A stretch of DNA of 64,000 nt from positions 8,699 through 72,698 of the forward strand of contig CASIAV010000031.1 in the NCBI GenBank assembly GCA_949372665.1, in the 5' to 3' direction. The translations under genes were made by a program, and so were the position numbers. Shown here one piece after another: positions 47,483 through 56,200 of the stretch. Source of the stretch: an uncultured Verrucomicrobiales bacterium (GTDB taxonomy: Bacteria > Verrucomicrobiota > Verrucomicrobiia > Verrucomicrobiales > Akkermansiaceae). Each line of letters opens with the position of its first letter. Positions within the stretch are counted from its first letter, which is position 1. The notes under the pieces are model-generated. The model made no database searches, was not told the origin of the DNA, and saw only the letters and a program-made list of their open reading frames with translations.

Positions 47483-49560
47483 GAATAGATATATTTGATG
47501 CTGCGTTCGCCGGTGATGGTCTCAAGCCGCACTCCTGCTGGATGAGCGACCGGTGGAGAAATTCCTCGGTCCCACTTTACCATCCGGATCAACTTCCCGT
47601 CTTCAGCCCGATAGCTATCTTGGATGGTTTGATTGATCCGACTGGATAAAAACGTGGGGTTGCCACGAGGGCCGATCGTATAGCCCCGGAAACGTGATGC
47701 TTCAAGCCCAGCATTATTAACTGGATAGACTTCGCTACTTAAAGGTTTTTCGAATGGGACAAATCTTGAGAACCAGGTGCCATAGGCATCGAAAAATCGC
47801 CCCCGCCAGACCAGTGATAGTTGTGATTTCATTCCATCGTAAGCGAGATGAATTTCTCCTGGGAATCCTACTAAGATGGCCTTTGTTCCTGTCTTCTCGA
47901 AGAAGGCACGCTGGATGATAGGAGTGGTTTGCGGCACAAGTTCAAAGCGATCGCTGCGGTGATTTGGGAATCGGTTTGGCAATCCTTTTCCTTCTTTGAT
48001 GAATCCCCAAATGGCGGCGATCTGGTGTTCCGTGTCACCACCAAGAACATTGCGAATGGAGGATTGGCCTTTGGGCCAAAAAGAGGGCATGAGCGTTCCA
48101 GGGCGATAGCTGGAAGGGTCGAGAAGATAGGAGCGGAACCAGCTGGGTTGTATTCGCTGATCAAGCGAGCGGATATTAAGAGCCGGGATCCCCAGTGATT
48201 GTTGATCACCCCAGCTGTGGCAGGTGATACAGTTGACGCCGCCCTGATTGCCCAGGAGCTTGCCCCCCATCTCGGTGTGCTTTGAATTTAGGATGATGGG
48301 TTGTGCCCGTGGATCGGAATCAAGCTCAGCGAGCCACTTTGCGAGAACTTCCGCATTGCCCGGATAGGCCGGCATCTGGGTCTTTAAATAAGGACGCACC
48401 TGGCGATCTTTGCGTCCTTCCAGCACCCCTTCCAGCCAGTCGTATTGAAGTTTATGACCAATGCCAGTGAGGGGTGGAGGAACGCGGCCGGAGTCACCAA
48501 GGCTTTTGTTACCGATGAAGAAAGAATCAACCTCTGGGACCGGACCTCCTTTTCCATCGCGGCTGTGGCAGGCGTAACAATTCATAGCGGCAAAGCTTAG
48601 ATGACCCTTCGAAGAATCTGGCGGGACAGTTTTGTTTCCTTTAAGATAAAGAGCTAGAGATATGCGTTGTGTTTTAGTGAGGCGATAGTGGGGTGCTCCT
48701 TTGACAGAATTCTTTGAGATACAGGCCCCATTTTTAAAAGAAGAGGACAATGCGAGTGGACGTAATTTTGATACTTTTATTTCCGGTAGGTCGTGGCACG
48801 AAGCACAGTTCATTTTGGTGACTAGCGATCTTCCTCGGGCGACTTTTTCGTGATCTATTTTGGGCCAGGGAATAAGATCAGGAGCCTGTCTTGGATCGCT
48901 TGATTGGTAGTCGAGCAAATGAGCGGCAAGGTCGATGGCCTCCTGCTTTTCAAGAGGAATACGAGGCATTCGGCTATCTGGACGAAACTTCGAAGGATCA
49001 GCGAGAAAGTGTTCTAGCGCGGTGAGAGTCGTCTTCTGTCCCAGATCTGGTAATGGGACTGCTAGAGGTGAGGTGAGTTTTAAGCCACTTCCTTGTGGTC
49101 CACGAAAATCACGGGTTGGAGCATGGCAGGCCACACAGCCTTTTTCATGATAGAGGGCGCTTCCACGTTCTGCATTGGCATGACGGGCTTTCTTAAATTT
49201 GAGTCCGTTCCCAAGGGTAGCTAGATAAGAAACGATGGCATCGATTTCTTGTTCGACGAGGCCATGTGCCATGTGCGGCATGGTGGATCCTTGGCGGCTA
49301 GCCTCGGGATTCTGAAGAAATTGTATGACCCAATCATGACTCACCCTACTTGATAGGTTTTCGAGGGAAGGACCTTTCCGAGGAATGATAACTTGGGAAC
49401 CTCCGTGGCAATTGGCGCAGCCGAGTTCAGAAAAAAGAACCGCGCCCCCTTGTGCCGAAGGAGTCCGCGAATGAAAACGCTCGTAGCCGACGACATGAGG
49501 TTCGGCATGAGCTCCTCCCCAAGTGAGTAGCAATAAAGCGGATAGAAAATTTCGCATCAT
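47473..49560 (-). CDS. Secreted penta-heme c-type cytochrome
   Basis: Signal peptide and five CxxCH motifs: CANCH, CVACH, CASCH, CYACH and CITCH. ATGA overlap with the upstream gene at 49557-49560. Confidence 0.85.
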   Translation of the reverse strand: MMRNFLSALLLLTWGGAHAEPHVVGYERFHSRTPSAQGGAVLFSELGCANCHGGSQVIIPRKGPSLENLSSRVSHDWVIQFLQNPEASRQGSTMPHMAHGLVEQEIDAIVSYLATLGNGLKFKKARHANAERGSALYHEKGCVACHAPTRDFRGPQGSGLKLTSPLAVPLPDLGQKTTLTALEHFLADPSKFRPDSRMPRIPLEKQEAIDLAAHLLDYQSSDPRQAPDLIPWPKIDHEKVARGRSLVTKMNCASCHDLPEIKVSKLRPLALSSSFKNGACISKNSVKGAPHYRLTKTQRISLALYLKGNKTVPPDSSKGHLSFAAMNCYACHSRDGKGGPVPEVDSFFIGNKSLGDSGRVPPPLTGIGHKLQYDWLEGVLEGRKDRQVRPYLKTQMPAYPGNAEVLAKWLAELDSDPRAQPIILNSKHTEMGGKLLGNQGGVNCITCHSWGDQQSLGIPALNIRSLDQRIQPSWFRSYLLDPSSYRPGTLMPSFWPKGQSSIRNVLGGDTEHQIAAIWGFIKEGKGLPNRFPNHRSDRFELVPQTTPIIQRAFFEKTGTKAILVGFPGEIHLAYDGMKSQLSLVWRGRFFDAYGTWFSRFVPFEKPLSSEVYPVNNAGLEASRFRGYTIGPRGNPTFLSSRINQTIQDSYRAEDGKLIRMVKWDRGISPPVAHPAGVRLETITGERSIKYIYSWK

Positions 49561-50465
49561 TTTTTCAGGCAGTCATTAAGATATGCCCTTGAGGTGTTGA
49601 TGGCTTTTGTAATCTTTGCTGCGGACCCAAGCATTGGAATTCCTCTTGGGACCGGGTGGCCAAAGATCTCCACAAGTCCCGAGTATCGGATGTCACGAAG
49701 GGCTTTCAGGATGGGGATGTAATCGAGCTTTCCAAATCCGGGGAGTTGTTTGAGTTGTTCCTGTTCGGACATCTTCTTTTTCGAAGAGGGATGATATTCT
49801 TGGAAATAAATGAACGGAATGTGGGTGTTTCCTCCTTCCCTGAGTAGTGCAGAAATCTGATCAATGGCGTCGTGAAGATGATGTGGGGCGAAAGCAACTC
49901 CGACGTTCTTCGAAGGATTTAACTCGTAAAAATACCTAATTGAATCGGGAGAAGAGAGCATTGAATTCTTGTGATTTTCAATGGCCATGGTGACACCAAG
50001 TTCTTCGGCCAGTTCATAGTGGGGTTTTAGTTTTTCAAAAAAGGCTTTTACTTGTTTTTTAGCCTCTTGGCCCACTGGATCTTTAGGCCCCATCCCACCT
50101 GAGCCGCACACTGTGATCGAGCCCCCGTTCTTCTTCGTCCAGCGCATCTCATTGTCCTGCCGGAAAGGTCCAAGGGGATAGCAGGTTGAAACTGACATCG
50201 TGGTGAGATGCTTTTTGAGGAGCTCTTGAAAAGCTTCATCTCCGATTTTGCTGATTTGCTCGCGATGAGTCGCATGAACTTTGCGCCAAATATCTACCGA
50301 TTCACTGCCTGTTTTTACTGCCTCTGATAAAACATGATCAAGAGGCATAGTTCCATACATGGCCGATGACATGACATAGCGGGGCGTCCATTCTTGTTCT
50401 AACTCCCTCGCAGAAGTGAAAAGAGCGCTACCTCCGAGGAGGGTTGAAAAATTTCTTCGATTCAT
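49557..50465 (-). CDS. Tat-signal xylose-isomerase-like TIM-barrel (sugar phosphate isomerase/epimerase family) protein
   Basis: Start at ATG 50465 (MNRRNFSTLLGGSALFTSA), which forms an ATGA overlap with the upstream stop, rather than the track start 50591. MAIENHKN-type motif. About 300 aa. Confidence 0.6.
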   Translation of the reverse strand: MNRRNFSTLLGGSALFTSARELEQEWTPRYVMSSAMYGTMPLDHVLSEAVKTGSESVDIWRKVHATHREQISKIGDEAFQELLKKHLTTMSVSTCYPLGPFRQDNEMRWTKKNGGSITVCGSGGMGPKDPVGQEAKKQVKAFFEKLKPHYELAEELGVTMAIENHKNSMLSSPDSIRYFYELNPSKNVGVAFAPHHLHDAIDQISALLREGGNTHIPFIYFQEYHPSSKKKMSEQEQLKQLPGFGKLDYIPILKALRDIRYSGLVEIFGHPVPRGIPMLGSAAKITKAINTSRAYLNDCLKK

Positions 50466-51037
50466 TTCTTCGCCTCTTCCTCGAGCATCTTGATCCAAGG
50501 TCCCACGTAGTGCCCGTTGTCGTGAAAGGTTCTGCCTGAGACTAGGTTTCCATCGATCACACAGGCTTCGTTGACGTAAATTCCGCCACAAATCTCGAGG
50601 TCAAACTGGCATTTTGCCACGGTTGCCATCCGTCGACCCTTCACACAATCCGCGCGCGCGGGAATCTCAACCCCGTGACAAACACTAGCAATCGGTTTAT
50701 TTCGCTCAAAAAACCATCGGGTTAATTGAATAAGATCCGGATCCTCACGAATGTATTCTGGTGCTCGTCCGCCGGAGAATAGAATGCCGAGATAGTCCTC
50801 TGGGTTCACTTCTGAAAAAGCAAGATCAGCAGCTAGCTGATATCCCTCCCACTCACGTGTGATGGTCCAGCCCGGACGGACTTCGTGCATCACCATTTGA
50901 TAGAGCCTCTTTTCGGGAGCGATCACTACGGGTTCAATTCCAGCCTCCTGCAAGCGGTAGTAGGGGTAGAGAGTGTCTACGGTCTCAGTTGCGTCCCCAA
51001 TTACAATCAGAGCTTTTCCGATCACTTTGTTTGTCAT
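50462..51037 (-). CDS. DJ-1/PfpI family protein (class I glutamine-amidotransferase-like fold)
   Basis: 191 aa with no signal peptide. Nucleophile-elbow motif PIASVCHGVEI. LFSGGRAPE. Confidence 0.8.
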   Translation of the reverse strand: MTNKVIGKALIVIGDATETVDTLYPYYRLQEAGIEPVVIAPEKRLYQMVMHEVRPGWTITREWEGYQLAADLAFSEVNPEDYLGILFSGGRAPEYIREDPDLIQLTRWFFERNKPIASVCHGVEIPARADCVKGRRMATVAKCQFDLEICGGIYVNEACVIDGNLVSGRTFHDNGHYVGPWIKMLEEEAKK

Positions 51038-51158
51038 TTCGGCATGCTAATTTCCTAGGTTGAGACGTCTATCTATTTATAGCCCAGAAAAACGTATCGC
51101 TTTGATGATAGTTTTCCATCTGACTATTGATGAAACTTATTTCGGACAATACTGACAC

Positions 51159-51881
51159 ATGAAATTGCAAAAAGGAGTTCTAGGCGCGCTTGTCATCGTT
51201 TTGTTTTCTATGCCTGATGTGGGAGCGGAAAAGGCGAAGAGAGAAGAGAAGAATTTGTTCATCCTTTCCGGCCAATCGAACATGGCGGGGATGGATGAGT
51301 CTCTCACGTTTACTCCGGCCGTGACCAAGGCTTTTGGGAAAGATGGGGTCATTGTTGTAAAGAATGCCAACAGCGGGCAGTCGATTCGTAGCTGGGCCAA
51401 GACGAACCATGAAGATCCTCCTCCAACGCGGGGTCGTGTTCCGAAGGTGAGGGGAGAGCTTTACGACCCCTTGATCAAGAAGGTGAAGACGGCGATTGAG
51501 GGAGAGCCCTTAAAGACAGTGACCTTGGTTTGGATGCAGGGTGAATCGGATCTCAACAACACCGCTTACGATGCCTACCTCAAGGAATTACTACAGCAGT
51601 TGCAGACGGATTTGGCCTTCAAGGAAATCAATATCGTGATTGGAAGGATCAGTGACAGCGGGCTCGACAATCCTAAGCGCCTCGAAGGACGCCTCAATAT
51701 CCGAAAAGTTCAGAAGACCTTTGCCGAAGGGCATCCTCGCGGAGCGTGGGTCGACACCGACGATTTGAATGACCGCGAAGCTGAAGGAAAAGTGATCCAC
51801 GATCTCCACTACACCAAGGAAGGATATCGGGAGCTGGGAACGAGATTCGCAGAGGAGGCGATTCGTTTGATTAAGCGTTGA
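51159..51881 (+). CDS. Sialate O-acetylesterase-like (SASA/DUF303) secreted esterase, short form
   Basis: Signal peptide. LFILSGQSNMAGM. LVWMQGESD. DLHYTKEGYRELG. Confidence 0.75.
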   Translation: MKLQKGVLGALVIVLFSMPDVGAEKAKREEKNLFILSGQSNMAGMDESLTFTPAVTKAFGKDGVIVVKNANSGQSIRSWAKTNHEDPPPTRGRVPKVRGELYDPLIKKVKTAIEGEPLKTVTLVWMQGESDLNNTAYDAYLKELLQQLQTDLAFKEINIVIGRISDSGLDNPKRLEGRLNIRKVQKTFAEGHPRGAWVDTDDLNDREAEGKVIHDLHYTKEGYRELGTRFAEEAIRLIKR

Positions 51882-51996
51882 GCTACGCAAAAAGAGTGAT
51901 TGACCTACCCATTATAGGGGTAGGAGATGTGATTGAAGATTTGAAAGCTCTTGCTCCAGGCACTCGTTCGGAGCCCACGGAGTTAATCAAATATTT

Positions 51997-53058
51997 ATGA
52001 AAATGAACAATAGAAGAAACGCAACAAGCCTACTGGCTGCCATGAGCCTTGGCTTTGCCGGTGTCGCAAGCGCCGAACTCCCTGATCCCGATGGGAAGCC
52101 CGCCGACATGGGTAAGCCGGTTCAAGTTTACATCCTGATGGGGCAGTCCAACATGCTGGGTTTTGGCAAAATTGGTGGAGGCGAGGGATCTCTCGAGCAC
52201 GCTGTGAAGGAGAAAGGTCTCTATCCCTATCTTGTTGATGACGAAGGTAATTGGACCGAGCGTAAAGATGTGCGCAATGTCCGTGTGATGGGGAGTGGTG
52301 GTCCGGGCAAGACAAGGCAGTTCAACAATGAATGGATGAAGATCGGAAAGGGAAAGATCGGTCCTGAGATTGGGATTGGTCATCACATTGGCCAAGCCGT
52401 CGATGCTCCGATTATGATTCTTAAGAGCTGCATTGGGAACCGTGGTCTTGGTTGGGATCTTCTTCCTCCGGGAAGTGAAGGTTTTGAATTCACTGATTCG
52501 AAAGGTCAGGCTTGGGTTCACCCCGGATACAAAGGTTCTCCTGAAAGATGGAAAAAGGGCGAAGATCCCAAGCCGATTGGTTGGTATGCCGGCCTTCAAT
52601 ACGATGGCGATGTCGATCGCGCGAAGAAGGTCCTCGCGGAACTCGATAAATACTACCCTGAGGCGACAAAGTACGAAGTGGCAGGATTTCTTTGGTGGCA
52701 GGGCGATCGCGACAGCCGGAGCGAAGCTCTTTCACAGCGGTATGAGAAAAATCTTGTGAATCTAATTAAGTCTCTCCGTAAGGATTTCAAGGCACCCGAT
52801 GCAAAGTTTGTGACGGCATCTCTTGGTCAGACCAAGCAGGGGTCCACTGATGGAGGCGGCAAGATTCTAGATGCCATGCTCGCAGTTGATGGTGAATCCG
52901 GCAAATACCCCGAATTCAAAGGAAACGTGGCGGCGGTTTATACGCATCCGCTGTCTAAGGGGGGAAGCTCCGGCGGGCACTATAGTGGGAACGCTGAAAC
53001 CTACATGAACGTTGGTGATGCGATGGGCAAGGCAATGGTCGAGTTGCTCAAAAAGTAA
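51997..53058 (+). CDS. Sialate O-acetylesterase-like (SASA/DUF303) secreted esterase
   Basis: Signal peptide. VYILMGQSNMLGFG. AGFLWWQGDRD. Confidence 0.75.
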   Translation: MKMNNRRNATSLLAAMSLGFAGVASAELPDPDGKPADMGKPVQVYILMGQSNMLGFGKIGGGEGSLEHAVKEKGLYPYLVDDEGNWTERKDVRNVRVMGSGGPGKTRQFNNEWMKIGKGKIGPEIGIGHHIGQAVDAPIMILKSCIGNRGLGWDLLPPGSEGFEFTDSKGQAWVHPGYKGSPERWKKGEDPKPIGWYAGLQYDGDVDRAKKVLAELDKYYPEATKYEVAGFLWWQGDRDSRSEALSQRYEKNLVNLIKSLRKDFKAPDAKFVTASLGQTKQGSTDGGGKILDAMLAVDGESGKYPEFKGNVAAVYTHPLSKGGSSGGHYSGNAETYMNVGDAMGKAMVELLKK

Positions 53059-53071
53059 ATTAGCTCACTAG

Positions 53072-53105
53072 AAGGGCGGATCCGTGAGTTTGCGGACCCG
53101 CCCTT
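53072..53105 (+). terminator. Stem-loop terminator candidate
   Basis: AAGGGCGG-A-TCCG / TGAGTTTG loop / CGGA-C-CCGCCCTT, starting 14 nt after the stop of 51997-53058. There is no strong T-tract. Confidence 0.5.
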
Positions 53106-53211
53106 ACTTTGTACAAAAGCTTTAGTTGACGACTTTCTATTCAGGAGCGGCCTTGTCTGGTCAAAGGGGTCCAGTCACATTTTTGAACCTAGCAACTGCG
53201 GTGGTTTAGCG

Positions 53212-56200
53212 ATGGAAGAGGGCCCAGATCAGAGCTGGCCATATCTACCGCTGAAAGATAGGGTGCCCCCTTCGTCTCTTAGATTGGTTATGGTGCTTTT
53301 AAAGATTATTAACCCCGCCTCATTAGCTAAGCGCCTCCTTCTTCTAAGTGCTCTTGGAAGTTATCTCTTGGTGGGGCTTTTATCGCTGTCAGCTGATTCT
53401 CATCTTGCAGAGCAAAACTTGTTAGCAGGTGCTCACGTTCAGGATATCACACCTCCTTTTGATTCTCTTTTGATTAATGGAGGGTTTGTTGAAAGAAGAC
53501 GGGGGAAGATGCAGCCGGGTGATCTCAAGGCGCGTTGTTTTGTTTTACAGCGTGGTGAAGTCAGCATCGCGGTGGCAGTGGTCGATAGCTGCATGATTCC
53601 TCGGGATGTTTGTGACCGGACAAAAGCTCTGGCATCACAAAAGACTGGAATTCCCATTGATCAAATCGTCATTGCAGCGACCCATACCCACTCTGCTCCG
53701 AGCACGATGGATTATTGTTTGGGAACAATGGCAGACCCGGCTTACACCGAATTCTTACCGAGTAAAATTGCGGAGGGGATTGTGAAGGCCTATGGGAAAA
53801 TCGAGCCAGCGCAAATTGGTCACAAGCAAGTGAAAGCCACTGGCTACAATTACAATCGGCGCTGGATCACGCGGCCAGATCAAATGCAAAGAGATCCCTT
53901 TGGTGATAAAACGGTCCGAGCTATGATGCATCCTGGATTTCGAAATCCAAAATACGTCGGACCTTCCGGCCCGGTTGACGATGAATTGTCTGTCTTATCG
54001 ATTCAGGCTTTGAATGGTGATCCGATTGGCGTTCTCGCGAATTTTTCGATGCACTACCATGGCGGTGGGGGAGGCCCCGCGGATTACTTTGGTCTTTTTT
54101 CTGATCGGCTTGCTAAGCAGTTGGCTGTCGGAGGGCGTGAGCCTGTGTGCGCCATGACTCAGGGCACGAGCGGAGACCTGCATTTGCGAGATTATGAAGG
54201 CGATCGAACTAATTCAGATATCTCGATCTATACCGATGGGCTGGTTGAGATTGCCAAAGGGGCAGTTGAAAAGGTTCGTTATGACCGAAGTCCCCTGCTC
54301 GGGATGGACCAGAAAGAGCTCACGCTTTCACGGCGATTGCCTGACGCGAAGCGTTTGGCTTGGGCTGATAAAATGCTCTCTGAAATGAAAGGGCAAAGGC
54401 CCAAAAACCGCCCCGAAGTTTACGCGGAACAGGCTCGATACATTCATAAAAACCCCACTGAAAACCTTGTCTTGCAAACGCTACGGATTGGAAATTTGGG
54501 GATTACGACAATTCCCAATGAAGTTTACGCCATCACGGGCCTTAAGCTCAAAGCCTGGAGCCCATTCCCTTCGACCTTTAATATTGAATTGGCGAACGGG
54601 GCCGCGGGATACATTCCGCCTCCTGAACAACACGCTTTGGGAGGTTACACCACTTGGCCGGCTAGGACTGCTGGGTTAGAGGTGGAGGCCGAGCCAAAGA
54701 TCGTTGAGACTTTGTTGAGCTCTTTTGAATCTCTCGCAGGAAAACCCCGTCGACCGTCGCTGAGGCATCAAGGAGATTACGTAAAATGGATCATGGCGCA
54801 AAAACCTTTGGCCTACTTTCAGTGTGAGGATTTGGGAGGGGGCACGTTGGACGATGCCTCTGGCCAAGGTCGTAGCGGGCATGTTGAGGGGGTGGTGGCT
54901 TATCATCTTCCGGGGCCTGAGTGTCAGGCTATTTCTGAACAAAACTCAAATAATGCTCTTCAGCTGGCAGGTGGACGTATTTCAGTCACGGTTCCAAAGG
55001 CCCGAACATTATCCTTTTGGTTTTGGAATGGCATGAGTAATACGGTGCGAGACCATACCGGTGACCTTGTGCAGCATGGGGTGTCTCGCTTTCTGCGGAT
55101 TGGCGGCAAGGCGGATGGGGAGTCTAGTGGTTCTTTAATTTTACAAGATGGTGAAAAACGTTTTTTTGGTAAGACAAAGTTAGCCTTAAAAGCATGGCAT
55201 CACGTGGTAATGTCCCAAGAGGAGGAAGAGGTGAAGATTTATCTTGATGGCCACATCATACCAGAAGTGAGTGCCCCTCTTACCCCGTCTGAATCTGAGC
55301 AATGGCACTTGGGGGGGGAGTTGCCAGTCGAAGGGCGCCTCGATGAAGTCGCTTGGTTTAAGGGCGCCTTTAGCCAAAAAGAAGCGGCCCGAAATTTTTC
55401 TGCTTCAAGGATGACTCCACCCGCGCGCCCTGCTCCGCCCCGTCCAAAGTATGACCGCGGTGCGATGGCTGGTTATCAAAAATCAGTTTTGGCTTCTCAA
55501 CCATCAGTCTGGATCGAACACGGAAATGAGGCTTCTCAGCAGCGCGTTCAGAAAAAATTTGAAGGGATCGAAGATGTCTACACTGTAGAATTTTGGGTTC
55601 GCAACCAACTTCCAAATCAAATCCGTCCGGTTACTGCCTACTTGTTTTCGCGAGGAGTGGATGGCATGAAAGAGGCGGAAGGAGACCATCTTGGTATTGG
55701 GGGATCACACCTTGCAGCGGGAAAATTAATTGTTTTTCAGGGGAACCGGAGCGGGGGGCTATTAACGGGAGTGACTGAGCTTGAACCAAATAGCTGGCAT
55801 CATCTCGCCATGATTCGTGAGGGAGAGCGGGTGCGAGTGTATTTGAATGGAAGATCTGAACCTGAAATCGATGGGACCCTTGCTCGCACTTATCCGGATG
55901 GGCATCCTGAGTTTTTTTTTGGAGGCCGAAGCGATCGCTTTTCTATTCTTGAGGGGCGCCTTGATCACGTTGCTTTATATGATCGGGCTCTCTCGATTGT
56001 TGAGATTTCGGAGCATTACGAGGCAGTTAATTTGCTGCCAAGCGAAAAGAATTTAGAGGAAAGTAATTCCGGGGCCCTTTCGCCACAGGATGCTCTCTCA
56101 AGCATACATGTCCCTGAGGGCTATCGAATTGAGTTGGTGGCGAGTGAGCCGTTGATCAAAGATCCCGTCGCAATTGATTGGGGGGCTGATGGCAAATTAT

